From an uncultured Candidatus Saccharibacteria bacterium (GTDB lineage Bacteria; Patescibacteriota; Minisyncoccia; Phycocordibacterales; DATGWK01): a DNA stretch of 64,000 bases. Each line of letters opens with the position of its first letter. Within the stretch, counting starts at the first letter, position 1. The position numbers and the translations under genes were made by a program. Positions 19,651 through 28,476 of this stretch are shown here, one piece after another. The notes under the pieces are model-generated. The model ran no database searches and was not told where the DNA came from. It was given only the letters and a program-made list of their open reading frames with translations. The stretch lies in contig CAZBJL010000001.1 in the NCBI GenBank assembly GCA_964492195.1, positions 79,082 to 143,081 on the forward strand. The letters run 5' to 3'.

Positions 19651-20108
19651 AACGTATAATCCTCACTTTATTTTTACTGTTTGTGTTGATCGCAGTGCCG
19701 GTCGTTGCGTCTGCGCAGGCATTTGTAATTCCATGTACTGGCGCTCCGGCTGCAGATTTTCAGGGTACGCCTGGCCCAACGGATCACAACTGTACGTGGG
19801 TTGATTTTCTCCAACTTATTTCAAATGCACTTACGTTTTTAGTGCTCCTTTCGATTCCACTCGCAACGATCGCTTTTGCCTGGTCGGGCTTTCTTATGCT
19901 TACAGCGGCAGGAAGTGAATCCAAAGTTTCTGACGCGAAAGAAATTTTTACAAAGGTACTCATGGGTTTTATTTTTGTACTCACCGCATGGCTTATTGTG
20001 AAGTTGATCGTGTCGACACTGCTCAATGATTCATACGACGACATATTGCAAAGCGGATTGCCTTCGACACATCAGGAATATGTTATTCGAGGCGAAGAAT
20101 TAGTGTAG
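19647..20108 (+). CDS. TrbC/VirB2-like pilin 1
   Basis: Signal peptide then two TM helices joined by SGF..LTA.G.E.KV..AK. Confidence 0.75.
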   Translation: MKRIILTLFLLFVLIAVPVVASAQAFVIPCTGAPAADFQGTPGPTDHNCTWVDFLQLISNALTFLVLLSIPLATIAFAWSGFLMLTAAGSESKVSDAKEIFTKVLMGFIFVLTAWLIVKLIVSTLLNDSYDDILQSGLPSTHQEYVIRGEELV

Positions 20109-20131
20109 TTTAAATTTGATACAATAAAACA

Positions 20132-20536
20132 ATGAAGTTTTTAAAATTTTTTGCGGGTTTGCTAGCCTCATTCGCGTTGCCTCTTGCTGCTTTTGCTGAT
20201 GGTCCCGCTGGTGGGGCAGGTGGTCTGCCAAATCCTCTTGCCGGCGGCGTTGATAGCATCCAGGCACTTCTTGTCCTTGTTCTCAACAACATTGTTCTTC
20301 CAATTGGATCTATCGTTGTGGTCATTATGATAATTTATTCCGGCTTTCTTTTTGTGACTGCGCGCGGAAGCGAGGATAAAATCGATACTGCAAAACATGT
20401 ATTGAAGTACGTGGTCATTGGCACCGCGATTCTTTTTGGTTCAGTCATCATTTCTTCGGTTATTGGCAATACACTCTGCCAAATCGCCCCAAGTCTCCCG
20501 GGTTGTGTTGCGTCAGGAAATCCTCTTGGAAATTAA
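20132..20536 (+). CDS. TrbC/VirB2-like pilin 2
   Basis: LPNPL, IIYSGF.FVTARG.E.KI..AK....VVIG. Confidence 0.8.
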   Translation: MKFLKFFAGLLASFALPLAAFADGPAGGAGGLPNPLAGGVDSIQALLVLVLNNIVLPIGSIVVVIMIIYSGFLFVTARGSEDKIDTAKHVLKYVVIGTAILFGSVIISSVIGNTLCQIAPSLPGCVASGNPLGN

Positions 20537-20539
20537 TTC

Positions 20540-20920
20540 ATGAAAAAGCTCTATCCTCTCATCCTCCTTGCTCTTGGTTCGTTTTCTCTGCCGATGCCTT
20601 TGTTTGCAGCTGTGTGCACGTCATTTACGGGTACACCGAGCACGTTTGGAGACGTTATCTGTTTGTTTACTGATCTCTTGCTCACGATAATCCCGATCGT
20701 TGCTGGTTTGGCGCTCGTCTTTTTCTTCTGGGGCTTGGCTAAGTCCATTTTGCACGCTGACAACGAAGATGCTCGCGAAGAAGGGCGGGAAGTAATGAAA
20801 TGGGGAATTGTGGCGCTTTTTGTACTCGTTTCGATTTGGGGAATCGTCCTCTACCTCCATGGTGATTTCTTTGGATACAGTCCTGTCGGTATTCCACAGC
20901 TGCCGACAGGTTCGATATAA
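20540..20920 (+). CDS. TrbC/VirB2-like pilin 3
   Basis: FFFWGLAKSIL.AD.E..REEG...M.WGIVALFV..SIWG. Confidence 0.75.
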   Translation: MKKLYPLILLALGSFSLPMPLFAAVCTSFTGTPSTFGDVICLFTDLLLTIIPIVAGLALVFFFWGLAKSILHADNEDAREEGREVMKWGIVALFVLVSIWGIVLYLHGDFFGYSPVGIPQLPTGSI

Positions 20921-20924
20921 ACAT

Positions 20925-21290
20925 ATGAAACTACAAAAAATTATTTTGAAAATTAAAACTGTAATTCTACTTTCCGTTTTTTCTATTCCCGCATTCGCAT
21001 TTGCTCAACAAGCTGACGGAATAAAGGGACTCATCGTATCTTTTGGGAATATTGTTCGGCTTCTTATCCCTTTGAGTGCTGCATGTGCGCTCCTGTTCTT
21101 TTTCTGGGGTTTGGCAAAATCGATTTTGAAATCTGACAGTGAAGATGGAAGGGAAGAAGGAAAAGAAATAATGAAATGGGGCATTGTTGCGCTTTTCGTA
21201 ATTACTTCTATCTGGGGCATCGTTGGATTTATTCAGGATGACCTTGGTATTCCAGATGTACACACCATTTCAGCGCCGGGTGTGAGGTAG
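20925..21290 (+). CDS. TrbC/VirB2-like pilin 4
   Basis: Paralog of pilin 3 (FFFWGLAKSIL...REEGKEIMKWGIVALFV); start at MKLQK. Confidence 0.75.
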   Translation: MKLQKIILKIKTVILLSVFSIPAFAFAQQADGIKGLIVSFGNIVRLLIPLSAACALLFFFWGLAKSILKSDSEDGREEGKEIMKWGIVALFVITSIWGIVGFIQDDLGIPDVHTISAPGVR

Positions 21291-21383
21291 TGTGGTACTA
21301 TGAATTCGACGGAGCTTTAAAATTGTGCTCAATTTATTATTAGTTTCTTTAAAAATATGCCCAGCATGGTTGGGCTCAATCAA

Positions 21384-21728
21384 ATGAAAAAAATTATTAT
21401 CGGAACCTTGCTTTTTGCTCCAATGTTCGCGTTTGCCCAGCAATTAGGCAATATCACCACGCTCATTCGATCAATCGGCAATATCATCCAGATTCTCATT
21501 CCGATCACTGCTGCGCTCGCCCTCCTCTACTTCTTCTGGGGCCTTGCAAAGTTTATTTTGAACTCTGCTGACGAAGAAAAACGTTCAGAAGGCAAGCATA
21601 TTATGATCTGGGGCGTTGTTGCGCTTTTCGTGATCGTGTCTGTTTGGGGTCTCACTGGTTTCATTGGCGATGCACTCGACATCAATACTCCACAGAGCCA
21701 ACCAATTCCTACCGTTAACGGTATCTAA
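21384..21728 (+). CDS. TrbC/VirB2-like pilin 5
   Basis: MKKII...AFA signal peptide; FFWGLAKFIL...EGK..M.WGVVALFV..SVWG. Confidence 0.75.
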   Translation: MKKIIIGTLLFAPMFAFAQQLGNITTLIRSIGNIIQILIPITAALALLYFFWGLAKFILNSADEEKRSEGKHIMIWGVVALFVIVSVWGLTGFIGDALDINTPQSQPIPTVNGI

Positions 21729-21751
21729 TCGCTCTCGTTTCTTTTTCTTCA

Positions 21752-22027
21752 ATGCCACTTAGCATACAATCATTTTTGAGTAGGATAAGTGAATTTATCC
21801 TCAACCCAATTATTGTGCTCATGTTTGTGGTGGCACTTCTTACATTTTTCTGGGGACTTGTTGAATTCATTCGCAGCGCGGGCAGTGAAGACGGCCGCGA
21901 AACCGGAAAGCGAAACATGATGTGGGGAATTATCGGTATGGTTATTATGGTCGGTGTGTACGGCATCATTCGGATCACCCTTTCTACCTTCGGAATCGAC
22001 ACCCCAGTATATTTGAGAGGTCTCTAG
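21752..22027 (+). CDS. TrbC/VirB2-like pilin 6 (no obvious signal peptide)
   Basis: ILNPII...FFWGLVEFI..AG.E..RETGKRNM.WGIIG. Confidence 0.7.
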   Translation: MPLSIQSFLSRISEFILNPIIVLMFVVALLTFFWGLVEFIRSAGSEDGRETGKRNMMWGIIGMVIMVGVYGIIRITLSTFGIDTPVYLRGL

Positions 22028-22116
22028 TTTGTGAACACATATTAAAAACCACTCCGAAAGGGGTGGTTTTTGTATTTCAGGATAAGAAAAAGGGCGTCAT
22101 TGCTGACGCCCTGTAA

Positions 22117-23034
22117 TCACCATTTGTTTTGTTCGAATGTCATGGTGACGATGACACTGTTTTGCTCGAGGGACCTGAAACGGACTCTTCGGGTAGTTCG
22201 CCCGTAGTCGGTGGCTTGTCCCGGACCATCTTTTTGGGGTGGTTTACCATCGGCCTCGTACTCGATCTGGCCGCTTGGAGTTACCCATGCTACCCAGCCG
22301 ATTGGAATGTCTTGAATGGCTGACCATTCACCAGGCTTTGCAACCACTTCCACCTTTCGGATGAGGGATTGCCTGTAGGCAAGAGCGGCTTGAGCTTTTT
22401 CTGCCTTCCTGATTTCGCGGGCGACTTGCTCTGTCTTCCACATGTTGGTTTTTTTGTAGGAATTCCACGTGGCTTGCGTTACAACGAGGAGCAAAATTGT
22501 TGCTCCGACGCCTGGTACGAATCTCTTGTATTCGTATACCATCACCACGATCAGTACGATCGTGGGAATTGCCCAAAAAACTTTCACGTCGTCAATCCAG
22601 AGCCAGTTGTAGTAGTCTGGAAAGAAGCTCTGAAGAAGGTACAAAACAATCGCAAACCAGATGCCGTAGATGAAGATTGGGTAGAGCATCCAGCTGCGAA
22701 TGTATTTCTTCGGGATGTCTTTGAACCTGTTCAGAAGCCTGTCCCACCACGTCAAGACTTTTGTATCTGGTGTGTCGGTGCCTTCTTTTTTCAACTTCGA
22801 AGGTTTGTAGGCGCGCTGAATAATGAGAGCAAAGGCTGCCAGTGCGCACACGATACACACCACCACTACAAGCACTGCCTGAAGGTTGATGTGTGGAAGT
22901 TTGAGCCGTGGAATGCCGTAGATGATAAAAACTACGACAAGACCAACAAAAACAGCGAGTGCAAGCAGTCCTCTCATCCTTTTCGCAACGAGCGAAAAAG
23001 CCGTCTTCAATCGTGATCTCGTAAACGGGTCCAT
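22117..23034 (-). CDS. multi-pass membrane hypothetical protein, stand-alone cassette
   Basis: About 5 TM helices plus a C-terminal soluble beta-rich domain; SD GGAGG before MDPFT; TTGACA-16-TACTAT; flanking hairpins. Confidence 0.75.
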   Translation of the reverse strand: MDPFTRSRLKTAFSLVAKRMRGLLALAVFVGLVVVFIIYGIPRLKLPHINLQAVLVVVVCIVCALAAFALIIQRAYKPSKLKKEGTDTPDTKVLTWWDRLLNRFKDIPKKYIRSWMLYPIFIYGIWFAIVLYLLQSFFPDYYNWLWIDDVKVFWAIPTIVLIVVMVYEYKRFVPGVGATILLLVVTQATWNSYKKTNMWKTEQVAREIRKAEKAQAALAYRQSLIRKVEVVAKPGEWSAIQDIPIGWVAWVTPSGQIEYEADGKPPQKDGPGQATDYGRTTRRVRFRSLEQNSVIVTMTFEQNKW

Positions 23035-23154
23035 GTAGACCTCCTTTGTTTGTGTAAGAACTTCTGTGTGAAATAGTATCACATATTTGATTTTTGTCAA
23101 TAAAAAAGCCAGTCGGATGACTGGCTGTCACACCACATTTCTGTGAGTGATAGG

Positions 23155-24312
23155 CTATGAATTGCTGGAAGCAGGAGGAACAGGTGGGGATTTTGTAGAG
23201 TTCCCGCGGGTCGGATCGACAATGATCGAAGTTCCGAGATTTCCTCCTGACAACACTGTCAGGTTCTTCAGATTTTCTGAGGCGATCTGACTTGCCACGT
23301 AGGGTGCGGCTTCGGGATTTCCTGAATACGCTCTGGCAAGCTCGACGATTCTTGCGGCACCACCTTTGGCCCGAAGTTCGGCGGCTTGCCTTTCAAGGTC
23401 TGCTCGTTTGACGTCCGCCTGGCCTTCGAGTTCGGCGATCTCAAGTGCTTGAGTTGCCTCTCTTGCTGTCTTCGCGTCGGCGGGGAGGCCGTAATCCTCA
23501 ACCCACACATCAATGATTCTGACCCCTAGATCTTCTATGATGCCATTTTTGATGTCACCATAGGGTTCGGTGTTAAGTCTCTTGATCGCTTCAGAAAAAA
23601 CCGATCCTTTGCCCTTGTTTGATTTCACAAAATCGACAAAGTTCCGTTCCTTCATGTAGTCCGCAACGGCACCGCCGATTGTTGCTTCAAGAGTGGTAAA
23701 GAATTCCTTACCAACCATGAAAACCACCGTATGTGGTTTGACAACTTGAAACATGGTCATGACCAGGAGGTTGACCTCAAGTCTGTCAGCAGATTCAACT
23801 TCGTCAAAGACGAATGGACGAGGAAAACGAAATCGAAGATGATCAGTGATACTGGTAGAAGGATCGAGCTCGATTCTTGACTGAAGCGATGTGTCCTTCG
23901 ACGTAGCCGCGCTGCTTGGTTTGAGCCGTGCACGCGTGATTTCGAAGCGATGGATTTTCTTGAGCGGGTATAACCAGCTCACCCAGTAGAAACCGTAGTG
24001 TTCCCGAAGGTATCTTCCTATCCAGGACTCGCCGCCTTCCGAGTATCGTTTGATCTCTTCTTCCGTAGCAGCGATTTCACCTGTTCCAGCTGTATTCTGG
24101 TTGCGAGGTTTGATGGCATTTTCTCTGGTGAGGACGTAACCGTCCACATTCAATAAAATGCGCTGCAGATCTTCTCCCGCCATGACAAATTCCATCGTTC
24201 CTTCGCTGACGAAGGTCGCCTGCTGCTTGTATTGAGCAGCTCGGTACAGGAAAATCACCACAAACAGGGGAATAAGTAGTAATGCAACTACTCCTCCAAT
24301 AATCATCCACAT
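23155..24312 (-). CDS. SPFH / band-7-like membrane protein, stand-alone cassette
   Basis: N-terminal TM, LGVRIIDVWVED..LP followed by an Ala/Glu coiled coil; SD AAAGGAG; TTGACT-16-TACAAT. Confidence 0.65.
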   Translation of the reverse strand: MWMIIGGVVALLLIPLFVVIFLYRAAQYKQQATFVSEGTMEFVMAGEDLQRILLNVDGYVLTRENAIKPRNQNTAGTGEIAATEEEIKRYSEGGESWIGRYLREHYGFYWVSWLYPLKKIHRFEITRARLKPSSAATSKDTSLQSRIELDPSTSITDHLRFRFPRPFVFDEVESADRLEVNLLVMTMFQVVKPHTVVFMVGKEFFTTLEATIGGAVADYMKERNFVDFVKSNKGKGSVFSEAIKRLNTEPYGDIKNGIIEDLGVRIIDVWVEDYGLPADAKTAREATQALEIAELEGQADVKRADLERQAAELRAKGGAARIVELARAYSGNPEAAPYVASQIASENLKNLTVLSGGNLGTSIIVDPTRGNSTKSPPVPPASSNS

Positions 24313-24437
24313 GTTGAAACTCCTTTTACGATTGTGTGTATGTGAAGAACAAACCAAAATTCCTTCGCTATTGTATCAGGTTTTAATACAAAGTCAAGGG
24401 GACTGAACTCCTTTAAAAACAGAATATTTCTTATTGG

Positions 24438-24522
24438 TGGTGCCGAGGAGAGGACTTGAACCTCCATGGGTTACCCCGCTTGCTCCTAAGGCAAGTGCGT
24501 CTGCCAATTTCGCCACCTCGGC
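24438..24522 (-). tRNA. tRNA-Leu(TAG)
   Basis: GCCGAGG...CCTCGGC-ACCA; anticodon arm CTTGC-CTTAGGA-GCAAG; long variable arm. Confidence 0.95.
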
Positions 24523-24532
24523 GTAATCGCTC

Positions 24533-24627
24533 GCGAGAGTATTTTTGGAATGAGCACATAAAAGTCTGCTGACTTTTTGCTCTGCTCGCGCCAAGCGCTG
24601 CGCAACTCATTTTGAAAATACTCTCGC
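24533..24627. repeat. structured intergenic repeat, copy E
   Basis: GCGAGAGTATTTT/AAAATACTCTCGC and AATGAG/CTCATT stems around CA(T)AAAAGTC-TGCT-GACTTTTTG-CTCTGCTCG-CGC-CAA-GCG-CTGCG. Confidence 0.7.
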
Positions 24628-24677
24628 TCGCTCCTACGTTACTTAATTCTATATTATCTTTACTATCACAAACCTTG

Positions 24678-24750
24678 TCCGCCCAGCAGGATTCGAACCT
24701 GCGACCTTATCCTTAAGAGGGATCTGCTCTACCAACTGAGCTATAGGCGG
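24678..24750 (-). tRNA. tRNA-Lys(CTT)
   Basis: CCGCCTA...TGGGCGG-A; anticodon loop CTCTTAA. Confidence 0.93.
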
Positions 24751-24763
24751 ATATATCAAAGGG

Positions 24764-24845
24764 TGCCCAGGGCGAGACTCGAACTCGCACTCCTTACGGA
24801 ACTCGATCTTAAGTCGAGCGCGGCTACCAATTACGCCACCCGGGC
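24764..24845 (-). tRNA. tRNA-Leu(TAA)
   Basis: GCCCGGG...CCTGGGC-A; anticodon arm CTCGA-CTTAAGA-TCGAG. Confidence 0.95.
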
Positions 24846-24862
24846 ATTTTACTTTTCCGCAG

Positions 24863-24934
24863 AGGCCACGACAGGAATCGAACCTGCGCATAAGAGTTTT
24901 GCAAACTCTCGACTTACCACTTGTCTACGTGGCC
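24863..24934 (-). tRNA. tRNA-Cys(GCA)
   Basis: GGCCACG...CGTGGCC-T; anticodon arm AGAGT-TTGCAAA-ACTCT. Confidence 0.95.
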
Positions 24935-24990
24935 GCGTAAGCCGCTTATCCGTACTACGGTCGTGGCTTGGTCAAATATACACCAAAACC

Positions 24991-25341
24991 TTACGCTTGA
25001 GAATTCTCACGTGCCTGATCGTCTTGTGAAGAGATATCGTCGACTCTTTGACGATTTTTTTCACCGACGTCGATAATGAATTCAAACACGGGGAGAGAAC
25101 GCATGTTTACGAATTTTTTAACGTATTCGCGGAGGTCAGAACTCTTTCGTTTTGCGAAAGCGAGCGCGGCTTTTTCTTGAGTTTCGGGCAACACAGAAAT
25201 GAAAACCGTGGCGCCTTTCGTTTTTTCGTTATATGCAATGCGAGTAACGGTGATGAGCGACATCGGCCCCGCTTCGTGACTTAAAAATTCACCAACAAGT
25301 TTGGTGAGAAGCGATTCAACTTTTTCTTGATGATGATCCAT
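24991..25341 (-). CDS. rbfA: ribosome-binding factor A
   Basis: LITVTR, ATVFISV, P.FEF..D; overlaps the infB stop codon. Confidence 0.88.
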   Translation of the reverse strand: MDHHQEKVESLLTKLVGEFLSHEAGPMSLITVTRIAYNEKTKGATVFISVLPETQEKAALAFAKRKSSDLREYVKKFVNMRSLPVFEFIIDVGEKNRQRVDDISSQDDQARENSQA

Positions 25342-26858
25342 TATTTTTCGATTGTTTGATATGAGCGGAGAATGTCGCCAACTGCAATTTCAAATTTGGA
25401 ATCGACAAGAGCTCCGAATTCATTGCCAGCTTCGACTTTCGATGTGTCTTTTTTCTGCTGCTGCATGCCGCGAATTCTGCCTGTACCGATTTCGGTTTCT
25501 CGGCGGATTATTTTGATTGCTTCGCCTACAGCAAGGAAACCTTCGTCAACCTTACCACCGATTATCTGCTTGTCTTTCTGGCGGCTGAACGTGCGGAGAA
25601 TTCTCGCACTTCCTGTAGTTTCGTCAACCATCATCTTTGGCGTGTGTTCGACGAGGAGCTTCTCTACTTTTTCTGTGAGTTTATAGATAATTGAAAAAAT
25701 TTCTATTGAAATTCCATCTCGTTCGGCGAGGATTTTTGCTGCAGAGTCAGCTTTTGTGTTGAATCCGAAAATAAATGCTTTGGTGCTTGCATTTGCGCTT
25801 TTTACATCTCCTTCGCCAATCGCACCAACACCTTCAGAAATTATTTCTGGGCGAATCCTGTCATTTCCCAATTTTTTAACTTCATAGTTAATAGCTTCAA
25901 GGCTACCTGCGGTGTCTGCTTTAACAATAATTGTGAGTGTAGAAATTTTATTTTCTTGACCAAGGTTCGAAGTTCTTTGAACTTTTGTTGCATTGAGGTC
26001 GAATGTTTTTGTATATGAAAGTGCTTCTTCTTTTGAATCAAACGTTTTAAATTCCACACCTGCAGGAACAAGTTCGCTCCAGCCAATGATTGTGATCGGA
26101 GTTGAAAAACTCGCTTCCTGCAACTTTTCTCCCATATCATTTTCAACAATTCGAACTGTTGCGAAGCTGTTGCCAGCGGCCACGAATTGTCCTGTTCGAA
26201 GCGTCCCGTCTTTAATAATAAGCGTAGCGGAAACACCCTTTCGAGAATCAAGTTTGCTTTCAATAACCACGCCGCTTGCGTTCATTGCTTTGATACCTTT
26301 GAGTTCTTGAACGTCTGTGGTGAGGAAGACGACGTTGATTAATTCGTCGACGCCTTCGCCAGTTTTTGCAGACACAGGAATGCAGGTGACAGTGCCGCCG
26401 TAGCCTTCGACATACACTTCGTTTTCGGCAAGGCTTTGTTTTGTGCGGTCAATGTTCGCGCCTGGCTTGTCAATTTTGTTTATTGCAACGACAAAGGGAA
26501 TGTTTTGTTCTGTGATTGCGTTCAGTGCTTCGAGCGTTTGTTTTTTGACACCGTCTTCAGCAGAAACGACAAGGATAGCAACGTCCGCGACTTTTGCTCC
26601 GCGAGATCGGAGTGTTTGAAACGCTTCGTGACCCGGCGTATCCAAAAAAGTTACCCGTCGTTTTTTACCGTCGATTTCGTAGAGAGTTTCGTACGCAGAA
26701 ACATGTTGGGTAATACCTCCAGCTTCGCCATCAACAACTTTTGTTTTTCGAATGTAGTCGAGAAGGGTAGATTTACCGTGGTCGATATGCCCCATAACCA
26801 CCACCACTGGCGGTCGTTCTGTGACTGTAGCGTCTGTTTTTGGAGCGGTTTTGTTCAT
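25341..26858 (-). CDS. infB: translation initiation factor IF-2 (short form)
   Basis: RPPVVVVMGHIDHGKSTLLD, DTPGHEAF, NKID. Confidence 0.97.
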   Translation of the reverse strand: MNKTAPKTDATVTERPPVVVVMGHIDHGKSTLLDYIRKTKVVDGEAGGITQHVSAYETLYEIDGKKRRVTFLDTPGHEAFQTLRSRGAKVADVAILVVSAEDGVKKQTLEALNAITEQNIPFVVAINKIDKPGANIDRTKQSLAENEVYVEGYGGTVTCIPVSAKTGEGVDELINVVFLTTDVQELKGIKAMNASGVVIESKLDSRKGVSATLIIKDGTLRTGQFVAAGNSFATVRIVENDMGEKLQEASFSTPITIIGWSELVPAGVEFKTFDSKEEALSYTKTFDLNATKVQRTSNLGQENKISTLTIIVKADTAGSLEAINYEVKKLGNDRIRPEIISEGVGAIGEGDVKSANASTKAFIFGFNTKADSAAKILAERDGISIEIFSIIYKLTEKVEKLLVEHTPKMMVDETTGSARILRTFSRQKDKQIIGGKVDEGFLAVGEAIKIIRRETEIGTGRIRGMQQQKKDTSKVEAGNEFGALVDSKFEIAVGDILRSYQTIEK

Positions 26859-26887
26859 GGGTGTGTATGTTCTTTGGAAAAAAGAGA

Positions 26888-27385
26888 TTAGCCACGGTGA
26901 GAAAGTTTTTTGTGGACGTTTTCGATAACCGCTTGTTCTTCTTCGCTAAGCTCAAATTCAGATTTGTAGTTTTTTACCGATTTACTAAAAATACTTACTC
27001 GTTCACGGCTATACAAACCAGAAACAACAACACCGTTTCCTGATTCGTCTATAAACGCGGTAGAAAAGCTTTGATTGCCACCGTCGCCCGTGCCTTTGAA
27101 TGGATTGAATCGAATTGTTTCGACACCTTGAACGCTTCTTTTGAGGCGCATCTCGACAGTTTCGAGGTATTTGTTAATGGTGTTCTTGAACGTGTTGAAT
27201 TTGTCGAGTTCCGTTTTGTGCAATACAAGCGCTTCCTGAATATTTTTGGCTTGAGTGCCGCCGAGGAGCTGACGGATCTTTCGGCCCAATAAAATAAGCC
27301 AGACGGTGTTGGCGACAGCAAGAACACATGCTCCGACAAGAGCCCAAAAAATGGTTTCTGTTGTAAGGGTGAAAGGCATGTTCAA
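26888..27385 (-). CDS. DUF4446-like protein
   Basis: N-terminal TM, IRFNPF...GGNQSFS.A..D..G.GVV.S. Confidence 0.8.
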   Translation of the reverse strand: MNMPFTLTTETIFWALVGACVLAVANTVWLILLGRKIRQLLGGTQAKNIQEALVLHKTELDKFNTFKNTINKYLETVEMRLKRSVQGVETIRFNPFKGTGDGGNQSFSTAFIDESGNGVVVSGLYSRERVSIFSKSVKNYKSEFELSEEEQAVIENVHKKLSHRG

Positions 27386-27433
27386 GTTCCGATTATACTT
27401 TTAAAATGGTATTTTGCCAAAGCGTGGAGGAGG

Positions 27434-27544
27434 GAAGCACTTATGCATATCTCAAAATGACCGCCATAAATTCTACTGAATTTTGGCTCACTCTCGGCGC
27501 CTACGCGCCTGCGAGAGTCATTTTTCAACATGCATAAGTGCTTC
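27434..27544. repeat. structured intergenic repeat, copy B
   Basis: 15-bp inverted repeat GAAGCACTTATGCAT/ATGCATAAGTGCTTC and AAAATGAC/GTCATTTT around GCCA(T)AAATTC-TACT-GAATTTTGGC-TCACTCTCG-GCGC-CTAC-GCGC-CTGCG. Confidence 0.75.
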
Positions 27545-27585
27545 AGTTTGTTGCGGTAGAGGATACGATGCAATATGATTACTCT

Positions 27586-28422
27586 ATGGAAGACTTAAGT
27601 ACGACCCAAACAATTCTCCTCTGTGTTCTTGTGAGCTTTGTTACCTCAATTGGAACTGGAATTATTACCACTTCTTTTCTCCAGGAGGCTCCACAAACAG
27701 TAACCCAGACTATTAATCGCGTCGTTGAAAGGACAGTAGAAACAATCGTGCCACAGCAAACCGGCGGCCCAACTCGCCAAACGACGGTTGTTGTAAAAGA
27801 AGAAGACCTCGTTATTGATGCAATACAGAAAAGTCATGGCAATCTCGTGTGGATTACAAATAGCGAAAACCGCAACCAGTCGCCAGTTCGAAGTATTGGC
27901 GTTGTTGTTAAAAAAGACGGAACGATTCTTGCAGATAAAAGATTTGTGTTAGCAAGTGGAAGTTATAATGCCGTTTCGTTCGGAGATCAAACTCCATATT
28001 CGCTGTCTGTCCTTGCGGTAGGGAGAAATACAAATGCAATTTTTCTCAAACCCACAACAGTAAGTACCACTACAAAAGCCTTTGCTCCACTCGTATTGAG
28101 TAAACCTAACAGCATTCAGCTCGGCCAAACTGTCATCGCGATCGGAGGTAAGGAAAAAGAATCTGTAGCGATTGGAAGAATTATTTCTGTGAACACTTTG
28201 CCGCAAAATTCAGGTCAGGCAACAAGTACAAAAGTGATCGATACGATAGAAACAGACGCCGCGCTCCGTGACGGCATTCCGGGCTCTATACTCCTCAATC
28301 TTAACGGTGAAATTGCAGGATTCGAAAATTTTGACGCAGCTCGAGGCCTCGAATCCATCTATACATCTATCAATATTATTAAGAACGAAAACCCTTCATT
28401 CTTCGAACCTTCTACAATCTAA
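27586..28422 (+). CDS. membrane-anchored trypsin/HtrA-like protein, catalytic residues degenerate
   Basis: LGQTVIAIG, IETDAA, GS.LLNL.GE..G; the GNSGG site reads GIPGS; start at MEDL. Confidence 0.75.
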   Translation: MEDLSTTQTILLCVLVSFVTSIGTGIITTSFLQEAPQTVTQTINRVVERTVETIVPQQTGGPTRQTTVVVKEEDLVIDAIQKSHGNLVWITNSENRNQSPVRSIGVVVKKDGTILADKRFVLASGSYNAVSFGDQTPYSLSVLAVGRNTNAIFLKPTTVSTTTKAFAPLVLSKPNSIQLGQTVIAIGGKEKESVAIGRIISVNTLPQNSGQATSTKVIDTIETDAALRDGIPGSILLNLNGEIAGFENFDAARGLESIYTSINIIKNENPSFFEPSTI

Positions 28423-28476
28423 AAATCTTTCTTTTTGCTGTTTTTGTGCTATTATTGGGGTCTAAAAATACGACAC

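Noticed and set aside
19647-22027. Pilin array as a conjugative element or prophage
   Set aside because: No relaxase, VirB4, coupling protein, integrase or phage genes nearby.
24394-25029. ORFs over the tRNA cluster
   Set aside because: Explained by four tRNA genes.
28423-28476. CIRCE or CtsR heat-shock operator before clpB
   Set aside because: No TTAGCACTC-N9-GAGTGCTAA or CtsR heptad repeat visible.
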